64,000 nucleotides of DNA from a virus (Duplodnaviria > Heunggongvirae > Uroviricota > Caudoviricetes), in the IMG/VR virus record IMGVR_UViG_3300035502_000737; one strand, given 5' to 3'. Below the pieces are notes generated by a model. That model searched no databases and was not told the DNA's origin. It saw only the letters and a program-made list of their open reading frames with translations. A program made the translations under genes and the position numbers. Below, piece by piece: positions 1 to 9,612 of this stretch (positions within the stretch are counted from its first letter, which is position 1; every line of letters begins with the position of its first letter).

Positions 1-265
1 TGACATGGTTATCGAGCAAGTGGAGACAAGCAATGTATATGACTTCATCGTATGGGTGAACGGGGAGAAGCAAGACTTTGAGAACGGGGTCACGCTGTAC
101 AATGAGGATGAAATCAGAATCGAGATATCCAAGGACGAGTATACGGAGGATTCAAGTGTTGTTTTCAGTGGATACGACCCGAATGTAAGAATTGACACGA
201 GAATAGACACGGAATCAGCCTTGGATGAGGAAATAAGCGATGAGACCATCGTACATAATGCTTAA
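1..265 (+). CDS. Hypothetical protein, 3' part (frame is open from the window start); acidic C-terminus
   Basis: Frame +2 is open from base 2 to TAA at 263-265; no recognisable motif. Confidence 0.6.
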   Translation, partial: DMVIEQVETSNVYDFIVWVNGEKQDFENGVTLYNEDEIRIEISKDEYTEDSSVVFSGYDPNVRIDTRIDTESALDEEISDETIVHNA

Positions 266-348
266 AGTTGGTTAAACGCTTGTGCAGTTCAATTCTTTTT
301 CATAAATTTGCAAGAGTATAGATAATTATAACATATATCATATTATAG

Positions 349-903
349 ATGGAATCGAGAAAAGAACAAAGAAATACCGTCAAACTGACCACGGAGGACA
401 TTGGTAGGATAATCACCGAATCATTGTCCTTTGTGCTTGCGGAAGGTTATGAAGGAAGGGATTTGGTTGAGAAGTACCTTCAAAACGTACAGCAGAAATT
501 GCAGAGAGCCTATCAATTCTATACGAGCAAGATTGGCTTCTCTCCAAGGACAGACGTGTCGAATTTTGCATACAACAAACAATACCTTGACAAGGTGAAC
601 AAAGTGTTTTCAAGTGTCATCAAGAACAATGACATTGATTTTGATGATTGGTTCAATGATAATTTGAGCTTGATTGAAGGAATGTCATATGATGCTCATT
701 TCAAGCCGCTTGGAAACGATGATTACAACCTTCTTGTAAGGTTGTGCAAACAGTGTGACGCTTTGGCCAATGGTATTGATACGAATTATGGCAGCCCCAA
801 CCACGGTTCTATGAATACTGACACCGTGGCGACTGAACTTAAGTCGGCTTCATTAGACTTGAAGTACTTGATTCGCAGAATGCACGACAAAGATTTTTAT
901 TAA
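349..903 (+). CDS. Hypothetical protein with N-terminal KLT...II.ES...VLxE leader (candidate virion cargo)
   Basis: 184-aa ORF; residues 12-34 KLTTEDIGRIITESLSFVLAEGY align with the leaders of ORFs 48480(-) and 48575(+); TAATTAT variant at 323-329. Confidence 0.75.
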   Translation: MESRKEQRNTVKLTTEDIGRIITESLSFVLAEGYEGRDLVEKYLQNVQQKLQRAYQFYTSKIGFSPRTDVSNFAYNKQYLDKVNKVFSSVIKNNDIDFDDWFNDNLSLIEGMSYDAHFKPLGNDDYNLLVRLCKQCDALANGIDTNYGSPNHGSMNTDTVATELKSASLDLKYLIRRMHDKDFY

Positions 904-912
904 CGTTAAGTC

Positions 913-1245
913 ATGAAAATAATTAGGAACAATTTCTTTCCATTCGGAGGTTTCAAGGCAATCAATATCTTCGGAGTTCTGTTTTGCAAGAAGAAAGCCA
1001 AACTGTCAAAGACGCTGATTAACCATGAATCCATCCACACTGCGCAGATGAAAGAGCTGCTGTACTTGCCGTTCTATATAATTTATGTAGTAGAATGGCT
1101 CATCCGCTTTATTTGTATTAGGGATGCCCACTCAGCATATCGGAAGATTTCTTTCGAGGAGGAGGCTAATACGAATGAAAAAAACTTGGATTATCTAAAA
1201 GAAAGGAAGCATTTTGCGATGTGGAGAAGTGGTTCCAATAATTAG
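913..1245 (+). CDS. Small HExxH-motif protein (putative metallopeptidase-like, membrane-associated)
   Basis: NHESIH motif followed by a hydrophobic stretch LLYLPFYIIYVVEWLIRF and ISFEEEA; resembles a family I recall from Bacteroidales phages (not searched). Confidence 0.65.
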   Translation: MKIIRNNFFPFGGFKAINIFGVLFCKKKAKLSKTLINHESIHTAQMKELLYLPFYIIYVVEWLIRFICIRDAHSAYRKISFEEEANTNEKNLDYLKERKHFAMWRSGSNN

Positions 1246-1257
1246 ATTTGCAATACT

Positions 1258-1809
1258 ATGTCAATAGAAAATAAGAAATTATCAATTAAAGAAGATAAGG
1301 CTTTTGACGTTCTAGAACATTGTTGGAACGTTAAAATTCCACGAGAAGAGTTTGAGTTTGACAAATTTGAAGCTCATATAGATTTGAATAGCATTATGGA
1401 TAAATTGTTTGATTTACGACGGATGCTTAGTGAGACTGTTGAGTTAGATTTGCCAAAACTTAATATCACAGACGAAGAGAAAAGGATATGTTCCGCGGAG
1501 TTTAATACTCAGCTAAATAAGAACTTGTTCGGTTCTTATAATGGACTTTATGACTTTTTTAATGATTTGATAAACCTTTTTTATAATTTCGACTTTGAGT
1601 TTGGATATTGCGATTTACTTAGATATAAGCGTGACTTAGAAGCTCTAATAAACTTTCTTAGCCCAATAGAAAATTTGATTCTTCTTAGAAGAACGCATAC
1701 CAAAACGGAATCGTTTTCGCCAATACTAGAAAAAATCAAGGATATTGATAAAGATATAACCAAAACTTTAGAGAAGCATTGGCATATCGTTTCAGCAGTA
1801 TCAAAATAA
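1258..1809 (+). CDS. Hypothetical protein (AT-rich)
   Basis: 183-aa ORF from ATG to TAA, visibly AT-richer than neighbouring core genes. Confidence 0.65.
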   Translation: MSIENKKLSIKEDKAFDVLEHCWNVKIPREEFEFDKFEAHIDLNSIMDKLFDLRRMLSETVELDLPKLNITDEEKRICSAEFNTQLNKNLFGSYNGLYDFFNDLINLFYNFDFEFGYCDLLRYKRDLEALINFLSPIENLILLRRTHTKTESFSPILEKIKDIDKDITKTLEKHWHIVSAVSK

Positions 1810-1837
1810 GATAATTACGTTACTTTAACTTTATTTA

Positions 1838-1870
1838 TTTGGGTAGCTCAATTTTTTTTTCCTATCTTTG
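1838..1870 (+). promoter_or_regulatory. Bacteroidota housekeeping-sigma promoter
   Basis: TTTG (1838-1841), 21-nt spacer, TATCTTTG (1863-1870), upstream of ATG 1902. Confidence 0.75.
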
Positions 1871-1901
1871 CATTCAGAAACAATTAGAACAGCAAAGATA
1901 T

Positions 1902-2585
1902 ATGGAAGGAGAATTGGTTAAGACATTATTCGACGAGTTTTTCGGGCCCGTGCAACTTATTGACACGGATACCGATATTTCTGAAATACAAAAAGAAATG
2001 ATGGATGGAAAGGACATGAGAATTGTAAGCGCTTCCGAGTGGCTGAAGTACCCTTGGGATACGGTTCGCATGTTCTTGCACTACAGTTGTACGTATGTTG
2101 TACCAACGGAGGAATTGATTGACTTCCTTGATAAGGAGATTGGGGACAATTCTGCCATAGAGATATGTTGTGGAAACGGTTTTATTGGCCGAGAGCTTAA
2201 CATACCTATTACAGACAGCTGCCAACAGAGGGATGATAAGGAAACCGTGTTATATTATAAGTTGCACGGGCAGCCTACCATCAAGTATCCGAAGGACGTC
2301 ATCAAGATGGAGGCGTTGGAGGCAGTGAAGCACTTCCGACCACATACGGTACTCGGCTGCTACGCCACACATAAGTACAGCTATGTGACCAATGACGGGA
2401 ATGACCATGGAGTGGAGTTTGTCAAGTTATTGAAGAGAGTGAAGAAGCTGATTTTAGTAGGGAATCTTGCCATTCACAAGAATAATCCAATCATGAAGCT
2501 TCCGCACAAGGAGATTTTGTTGGAGGGATTGATTACGAGAGCGGAAGACCCAATGACCAACAGAATCTTCATTTGGGAGAACTGA
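1902..2585 (+). CDS. Putative class I SAM-dependent methyltransferase-like protein
   Basis: AIEICCGNGFIG resembles SAM-binding motif I; ATG 1902 chosen because the promoter overlaps the TTG start given in the ORF track. Confidence 0.55.
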   Translation: MEGELVKTLFDEFFGPVQLIDTDTDISEIQKEMMDGKDMRIVSASEWLKYPWDTVRMFLHYSCTYVVPTEELIDFLDKEIGDNSAIEICCGNGFIGRELNIPITDSCQQRDDKETVLYYKLHGQPTIKYPKDVIKMEALEAVKHFRPHTVLGCYATHKYSYVTNDGNDHGVEFVKLLKRVKKLILVGNLAIHKNNPIMKLPHKEILLEGLITRAEDPMTNRIFIWEN

Positions 2586-2642
2586 ACCATAAGAAAAGAG
2601 ATAATAAAGAAATGCAATTCTGTTCATAAGTAAATGAATGCC

Positions 2643-2679
2643 AAACTCCAATCGTTGTGATAACGGTTGGAGTTTTTTT
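2643..2679 (+). terminator. Intrinsic terminator
   Basis: aaactccaatcgtt / aacggttggagttt hairpin followed by a T-run. Confidence 0.75.
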
Positions 2680-2738
2680 GCCTCGTAATTACGGCAAAAT
2701 AATTTACTCTGTGATTTCACTTTCTGAAATATCAGTGA

Positions 2739-2745
2739 TATTTAT
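2739..2745 (+). promoter_or_regulatory. TATTTAT motif, putative phage late promoter (tail sheath)
   Basis: 41 nt upstream of the sheath ATG; the same heptamer precedes many late genes. Confidence 0.55.
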
Positions 2746-2786
2746 CAGTAAATAAGAATATTTTAAGATTAAATCATAGATAGAAT

Positions 2787-5700
2787 ATGGCTGATAATGC
2801 AAGAGGAATACATGTTTCCCCAGGTATCTACACCAAGGAAACCGACATTACATATGCCGTGAAGAGTCTTGGCATCACGACTCTTGGCTTGGTCGGTGAG
2901 ACGCAGAAAGGTCCTGCATTCCAACCGATGCTCATCGAGAATTGGAAGGAGTTCAAGTCTACCTTCGGTGGAACAAGCACGGAGAAATTCCAAGGTAGCC
3001 AATATCCGAAGTACGAGCTTCCTTATGTGGCTAAATCATACTTGTCTGAGTCAAACCAACTGCAAGTTTGTAGGGTATTGGGATTGAGCGGCTATAACGC
3101 TGGCCCTGCTTGGGTCATCAAGGCCGTCCTCAAGGGTTCCACTCAGTTCGTACCCGTTGCCGTCCTTCGTTCTCGCGGACATTACGAGAAGTATCACAAG
3201 TACGCCACCACAACGGGCACTTGCGACTGCCTTTCAGAGTCTTACGACACCTTGTTCTACACCGTGGGCGAGGTTTCTGCAAGCACATCGAACTTCTGCA
3301 AGGCTCCCAAACTGTACAACATGGACGCCGTCAAGCTGACCGCATACACGGAATACGCTTCTGACGGTTCTGAGTGCGCTGGCTATAAGGCCTCTGGAAC
3401 GACCCTTACCTTCAACGTCACCTCCACCAACTACGGACAGTTCAAAATCATCGGCATCAAGGGCGAGCACGCCAAAGGCACTAAGCCTTCAAGCGGTGAT
3501 ACGGGCTATTTCGAATATCCCGTCTCCTTAAATCCATCCGCAAAGGATTACATCCTCAAGGTCTTGGGAACCTCTCCTTCCGACGGAGACGCTCCACTTT
3601 ACGTGGAGTCCTTGTATGACGTTGTCCTTCAACAGCTCGTGCTTGAGGGCAAGGTGGAGGAAATCAGTTCCGAACTTGAGGCTTACGACGTATACCACGT
3701 TTCTGACTTCAACTCGCTTGAGTCAGTTAATGGCATCATCGAGAAGCAAGAGGAATCCTTGACGAAGAAGGATGTTGGCAAACGTTTCTTGGCTGACGCA
3801 TCCGCCGTTACGAACAAGATTCACAGCCATGAGTACAAGAACGGAAAACCCGTCTTCATCACTGTGGAGGAAAGTGGTTCTACGGTCGAGAGTCCGAAGG
3901 TCGTTGAGGTTGGACAGATTTATACTGTCGCCCAATACACAACCGAAAGCGGAAAGAGGAAGTATTACTACAAGTTCGTCACTGACGAAAATGACAAGTT
4001 GATTGACGGTTCCAAGTTTACGGGTTCCACAATCTCCACCATCGACTATACTGACAAGGGGCGCGTGCTTGTATTAAACAATACTGACAACCGCTATTAT
4101 AGGCTGTATGGCACGGATGTAACCCCCGTCACTTGCGACATGAACAACTACCGTGACACCTACCGTTATGCATCAACACCTTGGATTGTATCCAACGTGA
4201 AGGGTGACGCCACGAAGATTGAGTTGAACAAGCTGTTCAGATTCCACACCATCTCGGATGGTAATATGGCCAACCAAGAGATTAAGATTTCGATTCAGAA
4301 CATCAAGACGGATGATGGAACGTTTGAGGTTGCGGTACGTGACATCAACGATACGGACTCAAGTCCCGTGTACTTGGAAAGGTTCACGAAGTGTACGCTG
4401 ACGCCTGGAGATTCGACGTACGTCGCATACAAAATCGGTTCCTTCGACGGCGTATACGAGTCCAAGTCGAAGTACATCACCGTAGAGGTGAACGAGAGCA
4501 CTTCCGCTCAGAATTCTTCTCCTAGCGGTTTCTTGGGATATCCCCTTTCTCAGTTCGCAGGCGTTGAGGTTCTATCCGCAGACAACCACTCAGACATGAC
4601 CCAACCCGTCCTCAAGTACAACCTTGACTACGACGAGGATGTCAAGAACCGCAAGCAGTACTTCGGCCTTTCCGACCGTGTCGGCGTGGACATTGACATG
4701 TTTACCTACAAGGGCCATGCGGCTTATGGCGAAGAACCCGAATTCTTGACCCAAGGATTCCACTTGGATTCTCGTCTTGACCTCTCCTCATACGACAAGG
4801 CTCCCAAACTGACTGTTGACGGTGAGGAAGGATACACCTTCGATTCCGTTTCAACTCAGAACCGTACCTTGACTCTTGACAATTCGCCAATCATCGGTAC
4901 TGAGAATGAAATGATTGGAAGCATCTACGAATACGTGGATTTGAGAAAGTTCACCGTGTACTTCTACGGAGGTTTCGACGGTTGGGACGAGTACAGAGAT
5001 TATCGAAGCAACACGGACGACTTCAAGCTGAGCAAGTACAGAGGCCAATATAACGAGGAGAACGGAGAGGGACTGTCATTCAACGCAATCGATGATTATG
5101 AGCCGCTGAAGCTGAACCAAAAGGGACTGACTTCGGATTGGTATGCATACTTGTCGGGTATTAGGCAGTTTGCGAACCCAGAGGAAGTGGACATCAATGT
5201 CTTCGCTACCCCAGGCATCGACATCATCAACAACCAACTCCTCGTCGAGGAAGCCATCGAAATGATTGAAGAGGAACGTGCCGACTCCATCTACGTCGTC
5301 ACCTTGCCCGACAAACCTTTCGGAGCCGCTGACTATGTGGACGAGATGTACACCGCTGACGATGTTGTATACGCCCTTGAGGATACAGAAATCGACTCGA
5401 ACTACACGTGTACGTACTATCCTTGGGTGAAGTACGAGGATACGGATAATAACCAATATATCTATCTGCCTCCTACGAAGGATGTGGTTAGGAATATGGC
5501 GATAACGGACAATACGGCTTATCCGTGGTTCGCTCCTGCAGGTATCACCCGTGGCGACGTCACTTGCGCTCGCGCTCACGTCGTAACCAAGCTCGCCGAT
5601 GAGGACGTCCTCTATGAAGGCCGAATCAATCCCATCAAGACCTTCGCTTCCGACGGAGTCAAGATTTGGGGACAAAAGAATCTTCAAGTGGCAGACTCGC

Positions 5701-6017
5701 AGCTCAACAGAATCAACGTAAGGCGACTCTTGCTGAGACTGAGGAAACTCATCGCCATCTCTTGCCTCGGACTCATCTTCGAGCAGAATGACGCGACCAC
5801 GAAGAACAAGTTCTTGAGCACCGTCACTCCGATACTTGATAACATCAAGGCCAATAGGGGAATCACGGACTATAGGATTGAAATTGAAGATTCGTTGGAA
5901 GCCCGTGAAAGACACGAAATGAATGTCTCGTTATTTATAAAGCCATCGCAAGTGCTTGAGTATCTGACAATTGACTTCATTGTAACGCCAGAAGGCGTTT
6001 CATTTGATGATATCTAA
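2787..6017 (+). CDS. Tail sheath protein (long, with insertion domains)
   Basis: N-terminal SPGIYTKETD...GLVGETQKGPAF and C-terminal PWFAPAG...INPI...IWGQKNL..DSQLNRINVRRLL...IDF motifs typical of contractile sheaths; 1076 aa. Confidence 0.95.
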   Translation: MADNARGIHVSPGIYTKETDITYAVKSLGITTLGLVGETQKGPAFQPMLIENWKEFKSTFGGTSTEKFQGSQYPKYELPYVAKSYLSESNQLQVCRVLGLSGYNAGPAWVIKAVLKGSTQFVPVAVLRSRGHYEKYHKYATTTGTCDCLSESYDTLFYTVGEVSASTSNFCKAPKLYNMDAVKLTAYTEYASDGSECAGYKASGTTLTFNVTSTNYGQFKIIGIKGEHAKGTKPSSGDTGYFEYPVSLNPSAKDYILKVLGTSPSDGDAPLYVESLYDVVLQQLVLEGKVEEISSELEAYDVYHVSDFNSLESVNGIIEKQEESLTKKDVGKRFLADASAVTNKIHSHEYKNGKPVFITVEESGSTVESPKVVEVGQIYTVAQYTTESGKRKYYYKFVTDENDKLIDGSKFTGSTISTIDYTDKGRVLVLNNTDNRYYRLYGTDVTPVTCDMNNYRDTYRYASTPWIVSNVKGDATKIELNKLFRFHTISDGNMANQEIKISIQNIKTDDGTFEVAVRDINDTDSSPVYLERFTKCTLTPGDSTYVAYKIGSFDGVYESKSKYITVEVNESTSAQNSSPSGFLGYPLSQFAGVEVLSADNHSDMTQPVLKYNLDYDEDVKNRKQYFGLSDRVGVDIDMFTYKGHAAYGEEPEFLTQGFHLDSRLDLSSYDKAPKLTVDGEEGYTFDSVSTQNRTLTLDNSPIIGTENEMIGSIYEYVDLRKFTVYFYGGFDGWDEYRDYRSNTDDFKLSKYRGQYNEENGEGLSFNAIDDYEPLKLNQKGLTSDWYAYLSGIRQFANPEEVDINVFATPGIDIINNQLLVEEAIEMIEEERADSIYVVTLPDKPFGAADYVDEMYTADDVVYALEDTEIDSNYTCTYYPWVKYEDTDNNQYIYLPPTKDVVRNMAITDNTAYPWFAPAGITRGDVTCARAHVVTKLADEDVLYEGRINPIKTFASDGVKIWGQKNLQVADSQLNRINVRRLLLRLRKLIAISCLGLIFEQNDATTKNKFLSTVTPILDNIKANRGITDYRIEIEDSLEARERHEMNVSLFIKPSQVLEYLTIDFIVTPEGVSFDDI

Positions 6018-6046
6018 TCTGATTCTCAGATTGTATGATTCTCAAT

Positions 6047-6086
6047 AAAAAGAGGGAGGATGTTGTAAGTCCTCCCTCTCTTTTTT
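6047..6086. terminator. Bidirectional intrinsic terminator
   Basis: aaaa-agagggagga / tcctccctct-ctttttt between the convergent sheath and 6105-6710 genes. Confidence 0.8.
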
Positions 6087-6104
6087 ACTTATGTAAATGG
6101 AAAA

Positions 6105-6710
6105 TCATGCGGATTGTATATAATAAACTCCGTCAATTTCAAGAACGTCTATTTCTCCATATTCACCACTATTAATGGTTAAAGTGTCATAACCGATGCA
6201 TACGTAATGCTCATCATCTGTAGGGAAATTAATTGTTAATGTCTTGATATTAAAATCATAATCATAATCTTTTGCTTTTAAAATAATATGAACTCTTTTA
6301 AGAGGAAGCGACTCTATTTTGAAATTTATAGTCCCTTCCAAGTCTGTAACCAAAAACACCTCTTCATCTTTTTGACTAATAGTAAGTGACGAAGTCGTTG
6401 CAGTAGTTGTTGGTATTGGAGGCATGTCAACGTAATTCCCGTCTGATGATTTATACAAGGCCTTTTTATTGTCTTTGTCAATAAAAAGATTAGGCAATTT
6501 CGCTACAACTTGCTTATCAGATTCAGAGCCAACGTGCACGTCCTCTTTAAAGGTAACAATTTCGTTGTCTGAATTTTTAATCGATAGACATTCAACATCT
6601 TTTGAATAGTTGATAGCCAATTCTCCATAAGTGATGTCTTTTGTTGTTGGTAGTTTTGGCGAGCCATCACTCAATAATACATTGCTTCTTTTGTGAAGAA
6701 CTTTTTGCAT
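6105..6710 (-). CDS. Hypothetical protein with Mtd_N-like (tail fibre/tropism determinant N-terminal) head domain
   Basis: HKRS...PKLP...ITYGELAINY...LSIKNSDNEIVTF resembles the N-terminal module of phage fibre proteins; AT-rich. Confidence 0.5.
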   Translation of the reverse strand: MQKVLHKRSNVLLSDGSPKLPTTKDITYGELAINYSKDVECLSIKNSDNEIVTFKEDVHVGSESDKQVVAKLPNLFIDKDNKKALYKSSDGNYVDMPPIPTTTATTSSLTISQKDEEVFLVTDLEGTINFKIESLPLKRVHIILKAKDYDYDFNIKTLTINFPTDDEHYVCIGYDTLTINSGEYGEIDVLEIDGVYYIQSA

Positions 6711-6812
6711 TTTATTTTATAAAAAAAAGTAATAACTTAAGTTACAATGAATTCATTTCATTGTAAAACAAGAGTAATGATACAATATCATTGTGGACAT
6801 TCAAACGAATGC

Positions 6813-8075
6813 TTATTCATCTTCGTTTTCAATTTCTTCATCGGGTTCTTCTTCAATTTCGGGGTTATCATTATATACCAAAAATGTTATTTCAGCATTT
6901 GGAAACCATATCTTTAACGTTTCTTCCAAATCAGAATTACATTCATCAACTGTTAATTCAGTAACGGACGTATTTGGCAAAGACGTACTGCTAGACGTTT
7001 CGCCGAAATAAATGCCATGAAAGTCCCCATAAATAGTCAATTTAGAAATATTTTTATATGTACCATATGAACTCGGTTTAAATGCGTTAACAAAAGAACA
7101 AGTGCCATCAAATTGCACATTAAAATCCTCAAATATTAGCTTAGTGTCATTCCATGTTTTAAATGATTCAAACATAGAATCTGCATTTTTTACTGATAAC
7201 ATATTATAGCTCAAATCAATAGTATCAATCCCATTGGGCAACAAGAAGTAAGAATTATAGAACATATAAGACATATCTTCCACACAATCAGTACCTAAAT
7301 TAGAAATACCTTCAAACCGATAATATGCGGAATCGTCCTTAATCATATAAGGAAGTTCAGAAAACATATATGACATATCTGTAGCTTGACATGTGTTAAT
7401 ATTATTTAATTCAAAAGTAGAACTTGTACCCATAAACATATAAGACATGTTTTTTGCCATCATAAAAGAATTTTCTTGGAAAGAAAATTTAGTGTAAGCC
7501 CTGAAGTAAGCAAACATACCCAAAGCATTGTCTACATGTTGAAGACAACTTTTTTCAAAGCTGATTTTTTTATCACTTGTTGTACCGCTTAATAAGAAAC
7601 ACTGTAAATCTTCAGCATTGTCTAAATTATAGTAAGATATAATTGCATTGGTGATTTTTGAATCAAAAAATGTATATCGGAAACTTTTTATGCTAGAAGT
7701 ATCGAAATTAGTTATATTAGTTATGTTGAACACCTTTTTATGGGCGCATTGACTATTAAGATTATTAATTTTCTTCATATCAAAATTTGAATAATCTACG
7801 CCGTAATATATGGAGCCATTGTTAAGCATAAAATGAAGACCTTTTGATTGCCTTCTTATACAGATTTTTATTTCATTAGAATCCTCATTTGATAAAGTGA
7901 TTGATGACGTAGGAGAATATACCTTTCCATCATAAACAATCGCTGCTATGCATCCTAAAAACGATGTTGACCCACTATTATATCCAATTTCAAAAGTGCT
8001 TCCGCTAGTTGCTCCACTTGTCGTGAATAGGATATAATTATCCAAATATCTTCTTGTTAGTCTTCTTCTTAGCAT
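6813..8075 (-). CDS. BspA/DUF285-like leucine-rich-repeat surface or adhesion protein
   Basis: Repeated xTSxxxxMSYMF units (DTSSIKSFRYTF, NTCQATDMSYMF, GTDCVEDMSYMF, MLSVKNADSMF); MLRRRL N-terminus; acidic tail. Confidence 0.65.
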   Translation of the reverse strand: MLRRRLTRRYLDNYILFTTSGATSGSTFEIGYNSGSTSFLGCIAAIVYDGKVYSPTSSITLSNEDSNEIKICIRRQSKGLHFMLNNGSIYYGVDYSNFDMKKINNLNSQCAHKKVFNITNITNFDTSSIKSFRYTFFDSKITNAIISYYNLDNAEDLQCFLLSGTTSDKKISFEKSCLQHVDNALGMFAYFRAYTKFSFQENSFMMAKNMSYMFMGTSSTFELNNINTCQATDMSYMFSELPYMIKDDSAYYRFEGISNLGTDCVEDMSYMFYNSYFLLPNGIDTIDLSYNMLSVKNADSMFESFKTWNDTKLIFEDFNVQFDGTCSFVNAFKPSSYGTYKNISKLTIYGDFHGIYFGETSSSTSLPNTSVTELTVDECNSDLEETLKIWFPNAEITFLVYNDNPEIEEEPDEEIENEDE

Positions 8076-8085
8076 TTGCCAGTTT

Positions 8086-8114
8086 AGTTATGTACTAATT
8101 ATTAGTACATAACT
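8086..8114. repeat. Perfect 14-bp inverted repeat with a 1-nt centre
   Basis: agttatgtactaat-t-attagtacataact, 10 nt upstream of the ATG of the minus-strand LRR gene. Confidence 0.9.
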
Positions 8115-8167
8115 TGTGAAAACAGTGTTATAATGAAGATTTTTTTTGCTATATTTAACATTGCGGA

Positions 8168-8199
8168 TTTGCATATTTTTCTTTTACTGTTTATATTTG
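8168..8199 (+). promoter_or_regulatory. Bacteroidota housekeeping-sigma promoter
   Basis: TTTG (8168-8171), 20-nt spacer, TATATTTG (8192-8199). Confidence 0.75.
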
Positions 8200-8263
8200 C
8201 AAAGTGAAACAATAAAATATATGTGGTATTGAATTTAGTTATTATAAAAAGCCGAAAGACTTA

Positions 8264-9088
8264 ATGGTTTATACATTCATAGAAGGTAAAGCCAAGGTGG
8301 AAAGAAAAGAGGAACCTCGGTTTAATGTCATTGACACGAATAACAAGTTGATTTCCGAATCATGGTTTGAGGACATTGAGGTGTGGCATAATGGTTCAAT
8401 CAAGGTCAAACGTGATGGTAAATGGAATTATATTGCAAAAGATGGAAGTTTTGTTTTTGACACTTGGTATGATGAGCTTGAGGAGGTACAATATGGGTAT
8501 TTTTCAGCCAAGGATTCAGATAGTGGAAGAGAATATCTTATTGATGATAAAGGAAATATAGTTTTTGGAGAAAAGTTTCTTAGCGTTCTTCCGTTTGACG
8601 ACGAAGGCTATGCTATTGTAAGGACCGAACAAGGATATAACTTTGCCAACAAGGAAGGCGAATTGGTTAGTGATGAGTTCTTTGACGAAGTTGAAGAATA
8701 TGACTTCGAGTGGAGAGAAGTGGCGAAGGTTATGAGAAACAAGAAATATAACTTAATCGATAGAAAAGGAAATATTCTGAGTGATATTTGGTTTGATTGG
8801 ATGGAGGAAGGCTATGCTGAGGGATATTTGGTGGTTAAGCGTGACGGGAAGTACAATTTCTTGGATAAGGAAGCGAAGCTGCTTTCTGATATTTGGTTTG
8901 ACTATGCCATTGATTTCCATGAGAACTGCACCTTTGTGAAGTTGGACGGGAAGTGGAATATACTGACGTTATACGGGCAGTTCCTTTACGAGGAGTGGAT
9001 TGAGGATAAGAGTAAAGCGGATGAACTTGTCCGAGATTTTAGAGCTTGCAACTGTTTTCATAAACCTTTTGAACATTGGGAGGAATAA
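8264..9088 (+). CDS. WG-repeat (beta-repeat) protein
   Basis: ~35-aa repeats such as DGKWNYIAKDGSFVFDTWYD and DGKYNFLDKEAKLLSDIWFD. Confidence 0.75.
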   Translation: MVYTFIEGKAKVERKEEPRFNVIDTNNKLISESWFEDIEVWHNGSIKVKRDGKWNYIAKDGSFVFDTWYDELEEVQYGYFSAKDSDSGREYLIDDKGNIVFGEKFLSVLPFDDEGYAIVRTEQGYNFANKEGELVSDEFFDEVEEYDFEWREVAKVMRNKKYNLIDRKGNILSDIWFDWMEEGYAEGYLVVKRDGKYNFLDKEAKLLSDIWFDYAIDFHENCTFVKLDGKWNILTLYGQFLYEEWIEDKSKADELVRDFRACNCFHKPFEHWEE

Positions 9089-9145
9089 GTTTTCCGTTCA
9101 GCTAATATTTTATCATCTTTGTATTCTATTTTCCATTTCTTCCTA

Positions 9146-9152
9146 TATTTAT
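9146..9152 (+). promoter_or_regulatory. TATTTAT motif, putative late promoter
   Basis: 40 nt upstream of ATG 9193. Confidence 0.45.
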
Positions 9153-9192
9153 ATAATGGCGAGGATATTAGAAGACTTGCTCATTACCCTAT

Positions 9193-9552
9193 ATGAAGAA
9201 GAAACAATCTTATATACAAGAGATGTTGGCTGATTTGGACAAGTGCACCAAATTGCTGAAGGAAAGTTATGTTTTTGACGAGGGAGAAGTTCCCACCGAG
9301 TACGATGACGAGCCTCCTTATGAAGGCGAGGAAGGCCCCGACTATGCGGAACAAGAGATTGGCGGCTCTGAGGTTGACGACAAGATTGCCCAAATAAGGA
9401 AGCTTGCCCTTGACGGCATCCAAGAGTTCGCTGAGGACGTGGATTCCGAGGAATACATCTTTTACAAGAAGGTGTGGATGGAATGCGATAAGTTATACAC
9501 AGAACGCAACGAACAGCAGAACGGTGGACAGAATATGAAGCAAAATGCTTAA
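9193..9552 (+). CDS. Acidic hypothetical protein (candidate head-associated; LLKES site)
   Basis: 119-aa acidic ORF containing KLLKESY. Confidence 0.7.
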   Translation: MKKKQSYIQEMLADLDKCTKLLKESYVFDEGEVPTEYDDEPPYEGEEGPDYAEQEIGGSEVDDKIAQIRKLALDGIQEFAEDVDSEEYIFYKKVWMECDKLYTERNEQQNGGQNMKQNA

Positions 9553-9577
9553 TCTTTGTTAAAAGATAATTGATAAT

Positions 9578-9608
9578 TTTGCAGATACAGAAAGAAATCA
9601 TATCTTTG
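9578..9608 (+). promoter_or_regulatory. Bacteroidota housekeeping-sigma promoter driving the candidate ncRNA
   Basis: TTTG (9578-9581), 19-nt spacer, TATCTTTG (9601-9608). Confidence 0.8.
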
Positions 9609-9612
9609 CACA

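Noticed and set aside
5076-5915. Long antisense ORFs (5076-5915, 9149-9793, 15139-15891, 29780-30619, 46245-46988 and similar)
   Set aside because: They shadow well-supported sense genes, lack promoters and motifs, and are expected from codon bias
6813-8075. Diversity-generating retroelement target
   Set aside because: No reverse transcriptase in the window and no template/variable repeat pair with adenine-specific mismatches was seen
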